Assembly (NCBI GenBank): GCA_951406725.2
Contig: OX597834.1
Coordinates: 11,284,001-11,348,000, forward strand
DNA length: 64,000 nucleotides
From: Octopus vulgaris
Taxonomy: Eukaryota
Reading direction: 5' to 3'
Numbering within the stretch: position 1 is the stretch's first letter; each line of letters starts with the position of its first letter. Both the position numbers and the translations under genes were made by a program. The notes beneath the pieces were generated by a model, which was given only the letters and a program-made list of their open reading frames with translations, ran no database searches and was not told the origin of the DNA. This document shows positions 40,592 to 53,786 of this stretch, in pieces.

Positions 40592-40988
40592 TCTTTATAT
40601 ATAAAAGTGAGGTTGTGTGCTGTCTGTCTCCTACGATTTAGATTCCTAACTACTCCCACATTTTGCGGTGCAGTTTAACCAAAACCGGGTATCTTATAGT
40701 CGTGATTCATATCGAGCCCTTCTGGGTATTAGCGCGCGTCTACAATGAGTCTACGATTTAAAAAAAAATTTACTATCAATTTTTCCCATTTTAATGCATT
40801 TTTGGCATATATAAGGGAAGTAACTCTGTAAAAGTTTATTATTAAATCTCAGAATGTAAAAAGCTACAGTAACACCCGCCCCCTTTGTGGTTAACCATAT
40901 TGAGATAGCTATTATACTTTACATCTCTAAAAATGCTTGTATAGTTATTTCCCTTACAAACCCGAGCAACGCCGGGCGATACTGCTAG
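40592..40988 (+). mobile_element. Non-autonomous Helitron, subfamily 1
   Basis: A|TC...CCCGAGCAACGCCGGG..CTAG|T, no TSD. Confidence 0.9.
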
Positions 40989-41439
40989 TATGTGTATATA
41001 TGTGCTTGCATTTTTGGAAAAATCAAACTAAACATTTTCTGCTATTATTATTCCGTATTACTTCTTAGTAACAAAATATAGCAAATGCAAGAAACGTCAG
41101 AAACCACCGCCATTTTATTTCTACATTTTTTCTTCATATCACCCGAGTAGCATAACAATACAGTGCTGTGCGTGGCACAAAATTTGAGGAAGATAGCATC
41201 TAACATTTTTTATATTTAACATGTTTCTTATTCGTGTTTTTTTCTTCAGTTTTTTTTTTTTTTACTTTCTCCTATATTCTTTTTTTTTTCTGTTTTTTCG
41301 TTAATACCATTGACAAAGTATCTCACTAATTTTCTAGCATATCTTATTTTCCTACCCTAAAGCGTTAAATGTTTTTTAAAAAAAAGTAATTTCATATACA
41401 TGTGCCTTCTGATCCTCTTTCTTACAGTATCACCTTCAG

Positions 41440-41485
41440 TCTGTATGTAAGCATGTATGTATGTATGTATGTATATGTATGCGCG

Positions 41486-41527
<42 letters not shown>

Positions 41528-41545
41528 CACACATATGTTCGACTA

Positions 41546-41583
<38 letters not shown>

Positions 41584-41728
41584 CTGTGTGTGTGTATAAG
41601 TATATACAGAAGTATATATATATATTTATATGCATACCAGAATTTTGTGTACATTTATACGCACAGAGATATTTACGCTTTTATATGCATACACACAGAT
41701 ATATATATATATACATATATAGATACAC

Positions 41729-41778
<50 letters not shown>

Positions 41779-42037
41779 CTGTGTGTGTGTGCACATACGT
41801 ATATATGCATGAACACACATTATATATATATATTCATATACATTTACACATATGCATATATATATATATACATGCATATATATATATATATATATATATA
41901 TACAAGCATATATATATATACAAGCATATATATATATACAAGCATATATATATATATACAAGCATATATATATATATACAAGCATATATATATATACAAG
42001 CATATATATATATACAAGCATATATATATATACAAGC

Positions 42038-42077
<40 letters not shown>

Positions 42078-42130
42078 AAGCATATATATATATATACATG
42101 CATATATATGTATGTATATATGTATAAATA
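41440..42130. repeat. (TA)/(TG) tracts including a CAAGCA(TA)n minisatellite at ~41900-42085
   Basis: Direct reading. Confidence 0.95.
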
Positions 42131-42705
42131 TGTCATCGCCTTTAGGTGATTTATTTCACACAGTCATCCACATTATGTTACGGCTTCATCATCCTCGTCT
42201 TTATCTTTTTTTTACAAAATAATTTTGTTTTTCTTTCCACCTTAAGCAATGCTACCGTCTGTCATTTTCATTTTTAATTCAATTTTTACCTGTTAGGAAA
42301 TGCGTAACACTATTTTGATGTCGATATTTTTTTCTTTAATGGTGAGGAAATCTCTTTGTTCTGAAATTATAATGTTCTTTTTTTTTTTTACAGTTATCTT
42401 GATTTTAATTCTCCCTTTCTTTAATTACAGTTTAGTTTGGTTTTTTTTTGCCACCTTTTTAGATTTATATATTTATTCCGTTATTTTTTTTCTTCGGTGG
42501 TATTTTTTTTTCTTCATGTGCAAAATTATACATATACACCTTTTATTTCAACCAAAGACTTTTGTATTTTAAATGTAGGTGAAGATTTGATTCTTTACAA
42601 TGATAAGACGATCTCGAAAAATCATTTTCTTGCAAATAAGATTTCATATACATTACCAGAAAAATTAAATAAACATACGGAAAAGAAAAACAAATAGTAA
42701 TACTG

Positions 42706-42968
42706 ATGAGGAGGAGGATGAGGATGATGATGGTGGTGGTGATGGTGGTGAAGGTGATGGTGGTGGTGGTGATGAAGGTGGTGGTGGTGGTGGTGAAGGT
42801 GATGGTGGTGGTGGTGATGAAGGTCGTGGTGGTGGTGGTGGTGATGAAGGTCGTGGTGGTGGTGGTGGTGGTGGTGATGAAGGTGGTGGTGGTGGTGGTG
42901 ATGAAGGTGGTGGTGGTGGTGGTGGTGATGAAGGTTGTGGGTGGTGGTGATGAAGGTGGTGGTGGTGA
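42706..42968. repeat. (GGT)n-based compound repeat with GATGAA interruptions
   Basis: Direct reading. Source of the poly-V and poly-H ORFs. Confidence 0.95.
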
Positions 42969-43738
42969 TATTTTTCCCTCTTACTCTCTCCATGTAGTTT
43001 TTTTTCCTGCTCCTCCCTCTACGTTTTCTCGACTTGGATTGTTTGACATTCCATTGTTTAATATATATTTATTGTTATTATTTCTTTCCTATGATATCAA
43101 TATGATATATGATCAGTGTTATTCTTTCTCCTTCTTTTTTGCTAACTTTTCGTGAATATGTACACGTAATTACCAGAAAGCTATTTGAAGTCTTAAAATT
43201 TCGTTTAAGTAATTACATTCCTAGAAAATATTTGTTTATTTGATCTCAACGTTTTTTTTTTTTTAGTCTACTGTGTTGCGAACTATTTCATATAAACATA
43301 TAAAATAATCTTAAGTTTGGATGTGTGGTTATGTTGCTCGCTTTGCAGCTCCTTGGTTCCAGTTTCGTTCCTAGTGCCCTGCAGCTTGCCTTGGGCAAGT
43401 GTCTTCTAATTATAGCTTCTGCCAGTGGCTTCTGAATAGTTTGGCTCAGCGGAAACTCCGTGGAAACCAGTTGTGTAGTGGAAGAAGCGGGTATGTGTGC
43501 ATGCGTGTATAATGTTTACAGATCTGCTAGAAATAGCAACCCAAATCCCTTTCAAACAATAACTTTAAAATGCAAAAGATGTATGGATCAGGCTTTCTTA
43601 GAATACCTAAATACTCCACTGCTCGCTTATGGCTGGAATTTCTTTGAAGCTAGATCCGCTCTCTTTGTCGGTCCCTGCATCGCAAAACATTACCCCTTGA
43701 AGAAACATCAATATATAAGTGCAAGCGTTTAATGTACC

Positions 43739-43972
43739 TATTGTTTTACTACCCACAAGGGGCTAAACACAGAGGGGACAAACAGGGACAGACAAATGGA
43801 TTAAGTCGATTATATTGACCCCAGTACGCAACTGATACTTACTTTATCGACTGCGAAAGGATGAAAGGCAAAGTCGACCTCGGTGAAATTTGAACTCAGA
43901 ATGTAACAGCAGACGAGATACCGCTAAGCATTTCGCCCGGCGTGTTAACGTTTCTGCCAGTTCGCCGCCTTA
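43739..43972 (-). mobile_element. SINE family 1
   Basis: TSD GCGTTTAAT(G/A)TACC at 43725-43738 and 43974-43987. Confidence 0.93.
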
Positions 43973-44103
43973 TGCGTTTAATATACCGTTTAGGACTAAC
44001 TCATGATTGTATATAATCTTCTAGGCAGCAGCACGAAAACTAACTTCGCTAACATACAATGAATTAGCGTGTTGGAGACTCAATATATATATATATATAT
44101 ATA

Positions 44104-44316
44104 TCTTTTACTCTTTTACTTGTTTCAGTCACTTGACTGCGGCCATGCTGGAGCTCCGCCTTTCATCGAGCAACTCGACCCCGGGACTTATTCTTTTGTA
44201 AGCCCAGTACTTTATCTATCGGTCTCTTTTGCCGAATCGCTAAGTAACGGGGACATAAACACACCAGCATCGGTTGTCAAGCAACGCTAGGGGGGACAAA
44301 CACAGACACACAAACA
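44104..44316 (-). mobile_element. SINE family 2, 3' half
   Basis: Reverse-complement tail match. Confidence 0.9.
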
Positions 44317-44572
44317 AGGGATTTTAGTACTAGAAACCAAAGTTGTTTCTGGTGCTAGTACAGGACATAGCATGTCAAGTACAAAAGCACGGGGACTTGT
44401 TAGAGAGAAGTAAGAGCTAAAGGAATAGACGTATTGGTCGGAGTGCGATTTAAGTTAGTCTAGGAAATTGAAAATTTTCCCACGCTTTCAACCGAATAGA
44501 AATCGGCCACCATATCAGAAATCACGAATCTGGTCAAGAAAATCAGAGTTGCAACGATATTAAAAACTTGTA

Positions 44573-44956
44573 TCTCTCTCTATATAAACGGCAGTTTGTC
44601 TGTGCGTGTTTCTGTGTGTCTGTTTGCTTGTACCCTCACCCTGACCACGGCTTTCAACCGATTCTGATGAAACTTGACACACACATAGCCCAGTGTCATA
44701 ATTCAAAACTAACGCAGCGAAAATTTTGAAAAGTTCCCCGAGTTCTGAAAAAAATCGATAAATTCGACATGGGGTCGAGAATCAGAAACACGAACCACAA
44801 ACTGTCTAGGGGACGCAATCCACCTATTTTAGATCTCAAAAAAAAATTTATCATCATTTTTTTCCATTTTTTTGCTATTTTTTGGCTATAACTCTCTAAA
44901 AATGCTTTATAGTTATTTCCCTTACAGACCCGAGCAACGCCGGGCGATACTGCTAG
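44573..44956 (+). mobile_element. Non-autonomous Helitron, subfamily 2
   Basis: A|TC...CTAG|T. Homologous to 17053-17435. Confidence 0.9.
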
Positions 44957-45632
44957 TACTCAATATAGGTCAACAAAAATGCAATTTAGTTTTAAAATAT
45001 CTGCATGCATTGTACAGCTCCACCTCGTTTGTGAGTTCCTGTAATACAACGAAATGAATTATTCTATCAATATTAAGTCTTCTGTTAGATCCAACACATA
45101 TAAAAATTATTACCAATATAAAAGCATGATTGTAATGGGAAGAGGTGTATGTGAGTGTACGCGAGAAAGAAAACGAAAGAAAGGTTTTAAAACATATGTA
45201 TATATTGATTTTTTTTCCTGATGTGCTTGGGTGAAAATTTATAACTTTTTGAAAGTAAGATTTTATAATATAGTGCTTTCTCTCAGCGGATATATTGTGC
45301 ATATATAATATATCCAATACTTATATTAAAATCAATATGATGAATTTTAAAGAATATTTTAATTATCATAGTCTCTCATAATAAAATTTATCAAGGACAT
45401 TGTGGCTACTATTGATATTATAATGGTATTTCAGAAGAGCATAATAGTTAGTGCCTCATGAATATATAACGATTGAAAAAAAATCCCTTAACGTTGTGGT
45501 TATTGTGCGTATGAATGAGAAATATTTTAAATATATTTCAGATATTGAATAGTTTCTAGATACTAATGTAACAACGTATATTTTACATAAAAATGGATCC
45601 ACGCTTTTAAGCATGCATATATATATATATAT

Positions 45633-45805
45633 CCATGTTTCTCTCCGTGTTTTTTTTTTTTTTACTGTGTATCTTTCTGTCGAAGACCGTAGGCTCGAAA
45701 CGTAAAAGACTTGTTCTATTTCTATTCCTGAGCGCTATACTAATACATTTGTTTGTTTCTACTCCACCTGCCTTCGTCTTTTGTTTATTTTCGTCAACAT
45801 TCCCG

Positions 45806-45806
<1 letters not shown>
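45633..45806 (+). mobile_element. Family A copy 3
   Basis: TCTTT CTGTCGA A GACC GTAG GCTC GAAA CG TA AAAGA at 45672-45709. (TA)n on both sides. Confidence 0.82.
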
Positions 45807-45841
<35 letters not shown>

Positions 45842-45886
45842 TTAGTTGGAAATGGATGCGCGGCGTTCAATTAAATAGTAATAATA

Positions 45887-45941
<55 letters not shown>

Positions 45942-45989
45942 AGTGTGTGCGTGTGTGCGTATGTATATATATGCATATATGTGTACAGG

Positions 45990-46460
45990 ACGTCGCCAGT
46001 TGTGTAAACAACATGGAATGCGTAGACAAACGGGCTAAATGTATAAACACTGAGAGAAAAAAGGAAAATACGATAGGAAATACCAAGAGCCGACCCTTCA
46101 TTAGTTGTCAGTTGTTTATCTACTCCTGCTTTCGAGCATTCAACGACAATATGAGTTTTCGAATACAGTTGGTTGCTTCCATAAATTCCATAATATGATT
46201 TAGGATTTATGGAGGATCAAAGTTGGGAACAAAAACAGGGCAGTAAAGACATATAAGGAAACCGAACGAAAACAAACATCGAGAGTCATTAGACCAGAAC
46301 GAGAGGAAAATAGTGAACGCTGGGAGAAATATTTTCTTTCAAAAGAGAAAAGATAGAAGAGAGAGGAAAAGACGTTCAGTCCTTTGAACGTCCGTGCCGA
46401 AAAACAAAGATTGTAAGGTGAGGAAAGGAAAGATGGACGATGATCACGTGTGCGCAACGA
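45990..46460 (-). mobile_element. Microsatellite-embedded Penelope-like fragment with a decayed rearranged hammerhead (46091-46170)
   Basis: Minus strand ..TTGTCG..GCTC GAAA..GGAGTAGA..TGACAA CTAATGA AGGG parallels 63071-63131. Confidence 0.5.
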
Positions 46461-46783
46461 GAGAGAGAAAGAGAAAGAAAGAGAGAATTAGAGATGGATC
46501 GAGGAAGAAAACAGTATAGATTCGCATCAAAAAAATATATCATTTATTATTATTATATATATACATATATACATATATACGTATATATATGCATATATAT
46601 ACCTATATATATATATATATGTGTATGAGCATATATATAAGCATATATATATATATATATATGTATGTATATGTACATATGTATATATACATATAAATAT
46701 ATATATATATATATATATCTTTTATAAATATATATATGTATAGTTATATATATATATATACATATATACCTACATTCATACAT

Positions 46784-46852
<69 letters not shown>

Positions 46853-47411
46853 CTATATGTGTGTGCGTGTATGTTTGTGTTTGCAATTAAATGTAAATGG
46901 AACTTGGTTGTTTTGACCTCTTCCCTTTGAGAATTTATAAAAATGCGACAGTATCAATGACATGAAATTGAAACCAAGTCACAAGACAGTTTACAAGAGA
47001 CACTTATCCCTCCACATCATGGCGCCTGCCATGTGAATGCATGAATAAAATGTACTTAATTTCGTGGTTGCTTTACGATTGACGTCACGATTTTGTGAAT
47101 CCCGTATTGTATTTAGTATTCAGCAAAATTTTGTTACTATTAAAATGCCTTCGTACATTGTTTATGTATTATCTCTTTCAGTCATTAGACTACGGCTATG
47201 CTGGGGCAACGCCTAGAAGTATTTTTTGTTGATTGAATCGACTACGGTATTTATCTTTTGTTGTGGAGGGATAAACAGCGGCGAGCTGGCAGAAACGTTA
47301 GCACGTTATTTGTAAAATTTGCATTACTGTATTCGATATTCTCTTTATATATATATTCAGTGATGTTAGTATACATTCGGTTTGAAACGTGAAGGAATCA
47401 ATCAATTAAGT

Positions 47412-47787
47412 TAATAATGAAATTATTGTATACACTGCTCAGGTGCACCACAACTTGTCAAAAGTGCGTATAAAGTATATGCAGTAATGTACAAATATAT
47501 GGAAAGTGAACAGTGTATGAGTCAGATACATGCTTGCGTGTGTATGGAGGGGAGAAAATCAGGTGTAGGTTTGGGGAATCTCAGGAAGCATGGAAGTTTT
47601 GAAGGATGCAGTGCTCCGGCAACTAACAACTGATGTCGGCAGTTTGTTCCATGCTTCAGCAACTCTTAGCGTGGAAAAATGTTTACGAAAGTTATGGGAG
47701 CTGTGGTGTTTTCTGACTTTGTAAACATGTCCACGGGTGTTAGACAGGTGGAGTTTGAAAAGGTGCTCGGAGTTATTGTTTGTAGAT
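47412..47787 (-). mobile_element. CR1-clade LINE 3' end
   Basis: Minus strand encodes FRKHFSTLRVAEAWNKLPTSVV..STASFK, typical of the CR1 C-terminus, followed by a 3' UTR. Confidence 0.82.
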
Positions 47788-47822
47788 CGCTCCCAGTGCC
47801 TGGCTTGTCCTTTAATTTATCT

Positions 47823-48385
47823 ACCTGGAAATAACGAAACGCAAATATTTGAACGTGAAACGTTTACAGCGAATACCGACCTGTATCAAATCAATTTCGT
47901 CAGATTATTGTGTATTTATTTAGCGTGCTGAATTCAAAAGTGATATCGGTTTTTTTTGCACATCACGCAGACTTTCGAAGCTATTAATAAAAACAGTTTT
48001 ATTTTGCCATTTTTAATACCTTCTTTGAACACTTCTACCATTAACTGAAAACATGTACAAAAAGCTTTTTAATGTATATTTTGTGAACTTAAATACCATA
48101 TGAAATATCACTTCGAATAATATAATCTATGTTTTGTTTTTATTTTTCAGGGATTATCACACATAAATCAATCATAAATTTACTTTACAATTTTTATTAT
48201 GGTTTCATGAGTTTGCATCAATAACCCAGCCATTTTCCCGTTCTTTTTTATTTGCTGTATATTTGGTGTGTATAATTGTTGTTAGAAAGCAAAAACTAGA
48301 TATTACAGACGTTGTTAAGAGTGTAACGTGTTGACTCTGGAATGAAATTAAGAGGTCAAGCGAACGATCGGCCTGCTCACAGGGA
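47823..48385 (+). pseudogene. Sola2-like DNA transposon 5' part (decayed)
   Basis: Frameshifted CINNP..C.IFG.Y..KQKLDITDVVK..GMKL..Q..PAH resembles the Sola2 N-terminus C.N.PD.FCYICG..IT.FVK..FG.KLGDQDK.WAPH. Subterminal GCGTGCTGAATTC. Confidence 0.55.
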
Positions 48386-48544
48386 CACGATTCAGTGGTA
48401 AGATAAGAGAAAAAAAAGTACGCTGTTTATCCTCCACACCGAATGGGAATATTTTTTCATAAATCTAGTCTCATTCAACTAGTCACATTTAAGGGATAGA
48501 CTTAATGTGTAACGTAATGTTGAACCGAAAGAATGATTTGTTAT

Positions 48545-48962
48545 AGGCGCAGGAGTGGCTGTGTAGTAAGTATCTTGTTTACCAACCACATGGTTCCGGG
48601 TTCAGTCCCACTGCGTGGCACCTTGGGCAAGTGTCTTCTGCTATAGTCCCGGGCCGACCAATGCCTTGTGAGTGGATTTGGTAGACGGAAACTGAAAGAA
48701 GCCTGTCGTATATATGTATATATATATATGTATGCGTGTGTATGTTTGTGTGTCTGTGTTTGTCTCCTAGCATTGCTTGACAACCGATGCTGGTGTGTTT
48801 ACGTCCCCGTCACTTAGCGGTTCGGCAAAAGAGACCGATAGAATAAGTACTGGGCTTACAAAGAATAAGTCCCGGGGTCGATTTGCCCGACTAAAGGCGG
48901 TGCTCCAGCATGGCCGCAGTCAAATGACTGAAACAAGTAAAAGAGTAAAAGAGTAAAGAGTA
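48545..48962 (+). mobile_element. SINE family 2, full length
   Basis: Complete head, CORE-like segment, internal microsatellite and repeated AAAGAGT tail. Confidence 0.95.
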
Positions 48963-49156
48963 TACAGTTGAGAGGATAATTTCTGGGAGACATTTTAAGC
49001 GCAGAAGAGAGGAGAAAGATTGAAGAAAATATATTTACCTTAATTTCAGGAAAATAAAAACGTAACATGCTAACCCAAGTAGGTATTAGAAATAAAGCTA
49101 GGTGTACATAGGTAGTGTATAATAAACTTACGTTGAAGTTTTATGATTTTATGTAA

Positions 49157-49254
49157 CCGCTAAGTTACAGGGACGTAAACACACCAGCATCGGTTGTCAA
49201 GCGATGTTTGGGGGGGACAAACACAAACACATAAACATATACACGCATACATAT

Positions 49255-49307
<53 letters not shown>

Positions 49308-49446
49308 TATATATATGTATGTATTATGTATGTATGTATGTATATGATATATATATATATGTATGTATTATGTATGTATGTATGTATGTATATATATATG
49401 TATATATATATATATATGTGTGTGTGTATGTATGTATATATATATG

Positions 49447-49479
<33 letters not shown>

Positions 49480-49757
49480 ATGTATGTATTATGTATGTAT
49501 ATATATATATATATGTGTGTGTGTATGTATGTATTATGTATGTATATATATATATATGTATGTATGTATTATGTATGTATATATATATATATATATATAT
49601 ATGGGGAGGGGGTACATAGTTTCTGTCTACCAAATTCACTTACAAAGCTTCAGTCGGACTGGGATTTAAGTAGAAGACACTTGTTCAAGACCCTACGCAG
49701 TGGGACTGAACCCGGATCTATGAGGTTATGAACCAACCATCTTACCCACACAGCCAT
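49157..49757 (-). mobile_element. SINE family 2 with the internal microsatellite expanded to ~350 bp
   Basis: 3' body at 49157-49250, head at ~49620-49757. Confidence 0.8.
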
Positions 49758-50278
49758 ATATAATCTCTTCTGATATATTTTGTTTGGAACATTTGATAAC
49801 TTTAGAAGGCGTAAATGTCCACGTATGTAGTATTCAAAGTGCAGTCTCAGGAGGCAACGTCACTTAAATCTATAATCATCGTTTCTACACTGAGAGTTGT
49901 AATCATTATTCTTTAGATTACGCCAAGAATTATTCCAGCTTAACTATGGAGCGAAATGAAAGACAAGATGTGGATATAATGTTATTCTACGACTATTCAG
50001 ATTCGTTGGTAATGCGTTCAAACCTCTTTTCATGGCAGTCTCAGTTAACAAAGTATAGGAGTTGCCACAAGGCGCAGCCATATGTGTAGGGTTAAAAAGT
50101 TAAAAAGATCTGTCCTACTGCGAGGTTTCTAGGTTAAGTCTTTATTACTCTTAATAATTCCTAATTGGGAAAAGTTTGCTAGACAGCAATATTTTTGAGG
50201 CCCATCGAGCCTCATATATATATATATATATATAAAATACTATTACATATTTAATAAAATACTATCATATATATATAT

Positions 50279-50434
50279 GAGTGGCTGTGTGGTAAGTAGC
50301 TTGCTTAAGAACCACATGGATCAGAGTTAAGTCTCACTGCGTGGCACCTTGGACAAGTGTCTTCTACTATAGCCACGGGCCAACCAAAGCCTTGTTAGGG
50401 AATTTGATAGACGGAAACTGAAAGAAGCCGGCGT
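50279..50434 (+). mobile_element. SINE family 2, 5' half (ends in its microsatellite)
   Basis: Head match. Confidence 0.85.
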
Positions 50435-50452
50435 ATGTATGTATGTATATAT

Positions 50453-50502
<50 letters not shown>

Positions 50503-50506
<4 letters not shown>

Positions 50507-50706
50507 AGAGTTTACGAAAGAAACAAAAGACGAAGACAGGTGGTGTACAAAACAAACAGATGTATTATAGTATAACGCTCAGGAATAGAAAAAAGTCTTT
50601 TGCGTTTCGAGCATATGCTCTTCTACAGAGAGGGACACAGAAAAAACAAGGAGAGAAACGAGGACAGAAAAAAATGTGTGTTGTGGCTAACGATCTATCA
50701 TGGCGA

Positions 50707-50707
<1 letters not shown>
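50503..50707 (-). mobile_element. Family A copy 4
   Basis: Minus strand CTGTAGA A GAGC ATAT GCTC GAAA CG CA AAAGAC. (TA)n on both sides. Confidence 0.82.
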
Positions 50708-50752
<45 letters not shown>

Positions 50753-51266
50753 GTATTTTATAAGCTTAAAGCTTATAGCCGATCACCACGCAATGACTAA
50801 AAGATATTCTAATAAAGGGGTATATATAAACTATTATTATTATTTACAGAATTGTAAAACTCGACGCTCCTCTTTCTTTCGTTCACCTTCTGTCATATCT
50901 CACCTTTTCTTTTGACCTCTCTCTTCATTTTAACATGCACAACTTTTCTCCCCTCTCTATCAACTTAATACTACCACGACATTCTCAAATTTCCATTCAG
51001 GCCACAAGATCCCCTTGAATAAACAGCACATGGAATCTACGTCTCTACACTTTCCATTTGTGTTGTTGACAAAATATGAACTCCTATTGGAATTTACATA
51101 CCACGGACAGGAAGCATTTCTACCAATTTTCCTTGGGAGCGTTTCTACCACTTTTCCTTTCTAAATCCATTCTCCTATTTCCATATATAGCCCTTATTTG
51201 CTTCGTTTTCCAAAATAACTCCTCATATTGAACTCTAATATTTCCCTTTATTTAACCATCTCACAT

Positions 51267-51316
51267 AGTCTCTGACGAAGGGATACCCCTAATATCACAG
51301 AAACAGCTGTAAGACT
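51267..51316 (+). ncRNA. Type I hammerhead ribozyme (family E)
   Basis: AGTCT CTGACGA AGGGATA..TATCACA GAAA C AGCT GTA AGACT: perfect stem I, palindromic stem III ACAGCTGT, GUA triplet. Confidence 0.82.
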
Positions 51317-51548
51317 TGTTGCTGTTCGCTTCCTTTTGTCTCGGGAGACAATGGAGTTGCGTATAAACTAAGCCGGCTGGTTTTTACATTTCAAGTCCTC
51401 TCCAGTTTTGCGCAGGCCTGGGTTAGAAGTAAGAAAATCCTGGGTAGTCCAATCGTCAGGCTTCTTCTCTCGACCTTGCTGACGTAGTTCAAAGGAGTGC
51501 AGAGCATTACGTTTGGCACCAGCTTGGTTGCAGGAGCTGCCGGAAAGT
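51317..51548 (-). mobile_element. Short RTE-derived element (5' UTR fused to 3' end)
   Basis: GCAGAGCATTACGTTTGGCACCAGCTTGGTTGCAGGAGCTGCCGGAA resembles RTE 5' UTRs as I recall them. The minus-strand end CCATTGTCTCCCGAGAC..(CAA)n resembles RTE 3' ends. Confidence 0.5.
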
Positions 51549-51944
51549 TTGCTGTAATACTAACTTTCTCTGTATAAATGTTCTGAACATTCCACACAGT
51601 TTTGGCTTTCTTGTCTCATTTTATTTAATATATCTATCTATCTATATCTATATATATTACGGTATTAGCCGGTGTTTTCAAAGCGGGGAATAACTTTTTG
51701 CGGAAACCATGGTTCGCTTTGTTCTCTTACTTTATTATCATCTTATAATCTTCTCATAATAACGTCTTTTATGACTCTTATTACTACCTCAGTCCATCTA
51801 AATGTATATATTTATCGTTACCTGTCATAAAAAGCCTTTTTATTTGCAATGTGCATTTTCGTTGATTTTTCATATTTTACCCTTACATTTCCACGTGTAT
51901 TTTATATTTTCTTTTTGTAACATATATCTTCTATATATACATAC

Positions 51945-51979
<35 letters not shown>

Positions 51980-52022
51980 TATGCATGTTTTTATGTTTGT
52001 TTGTTTGTATATACACACACGC

Positions 52023-52054
<32 letters not shown>

Positions 52055-52518
52055 GTGTGTGTGTGTGTATGTGCATGGTTTTACATTCATGCATGGTTTT
52101 CCATTATTGTCTCTTTCCCATTTTTTTTTATGGGGGGGTGTCTCAAATATTAATGTTTATTTAGCACGGACTGCACTAAAGTCGAAAAGTTGTAACGGAT
52201 TATGTTTTAGGGTCCTTTTGCTTACTGCTGTTGATTTTGTCCTAAACGTGATTTAATCAAGTAAAAAGAGAGATTACTCTCCCATTCTACCTTACCTTTC
52301 TACAGCCATTATATAAAAGGTTATATATAAGTTTCTATTATTCAATTTAGCACCCCTTCTTTAAAAAGGAGCATTTTTTGTAGGGCACATTTTTAGGAAG
52401 ATTTGGCTATTATGTCTGTTAGGTTGAGAAAACTCGCAGACTTCATCGTCGGGTATACTACCTACCTAAAATCGTGGCGATGACGGACTCTCATCTCTTT
52501 CATTCTAACAAATCTATA

Positions 52519-52915
52519 AGGTGGTGAGCTGGCAGAAACGTTAGCATGCCGGGCGAAATGCGTCGCGTATTTCGTCTGACGTTACATTCTGAGTTCATAT
52601 TCTGCCGAGGTCAACTTTGCTTTTCATCCTTTCAGGGTCGATAAATTAAGCACCAGTTATGCACTGGGGTCGATGTAATCGACTTAATCCGTTTGTCTGT
52701 CCTTGTTTGTCCTCTCTGTGTTTAGCCCCTTGTGGGTAGTAAAGAAATAAGTATTTCGTCTGTCTTTACGTTCTGAGTTCAAACTCCACCAGGGTCGACT
52801 TTGCTTTTTATCCTTTCGAGGTCGATAAATGAAGTACCAGTTGCATACTGGTGTCGATCTAATCGACCGATCACCTCGCCCATAATTTCGGGCCTTGTGC
52901 CAAGAGTAGAAAAGA
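52519..52915 (+). mobile_element. Dimeric SINE family 1 (unit with tailA, then body with tailB)
   Basis: Outer TSD TTCTA(A/G)CAAATCTATA at 52503-52518 and 52916-52931. Confidence 0.9.
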
Positions 52916-53130
52916 TTCTAGCAAATCTATATGAGTCCTTATAGTTGATTATGACATTCCACCTAAATGTGAGTCACTGTATCGTTGTGAATAGTCAATT
53001 AATTTATTTGTTAGTACGAAGGTAGATGGAGCTGTGGAGCAACAGACTAAGTCGTATCGCCTGTAGGTGTCACGGCAAAGCAAGTACATCGGATGAAAGA
53101 ATTTTTTGTGCCCTTTTTAGAACCTAGCCA

Positions 53131-53356
53131 GGTTCATGGGCCCGGTTTCCTGGATTCTATAGTGTATGTGTTCCCCAGCTGGATGGGACGCCAGTCCATC
53201 GCAGCGTTACTCATTTTTGCCAACTGAGTGGATTGGAGCAACGTGAAATGAAGTGTTTTGCTCAAGAGCACAACGCGTCGCCTGGTCCAGGAATCGAAAC
53301 CACAATCTTACGATCATGGTGCTAACACCCTAACCACTAAGCCACCCGCCTCCACC
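53131..53356 (-). mobile_element. tRNA-SINE related to the family 3 head, CORE-like body
   Basis: Minus-strand GGTGGAGGCGGGTGGCTTAGTGGTTAGGG..GGTTTCGATTCCTGGACC..TTGAGCAAAACAC. Confidence 0.8.
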
Positions 53357-53786
53357 GCATACAAAATACTCATCGGTAAATTCGTTGTCATACATTTTAC
53401 TCTTTGAGTAAATCTCTCGCTAAATATTATTTAACGCTTTTATTTGTCACAACAATGCAGTTCATTTCATTAAGAATGAAAAATAAATTGCAATTGTCGT
53501 AAAGAAAAAAAGAACATTTTTTAGAAAGAAATTCTAAGATTAAAATTAAATTATAATAATCAAATTTATTCAGTATATACATGAAGAAATTAAAGCAAAA
53601 TTCCTTTTAAAATAGAATCACAGAAAATGTATTAAAACTAGTATTTTAAAATGGAAGAAAGGAAACAAAAAAAAATTCTTAAAAGACAAATTATGAGAGT
53701 TGCTTGGATAATCCAGGATTGTACAATATCCATTCATAATACTTTGAATTCTCATTGTTCTGGATTCGTATAATTTTTGCAAATAG

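Noticed and set aside
42622-43155. Poly-His or poly-Val protein
   Set aside because: A (GGT)n compound repeat open in several frames, with no exon context.
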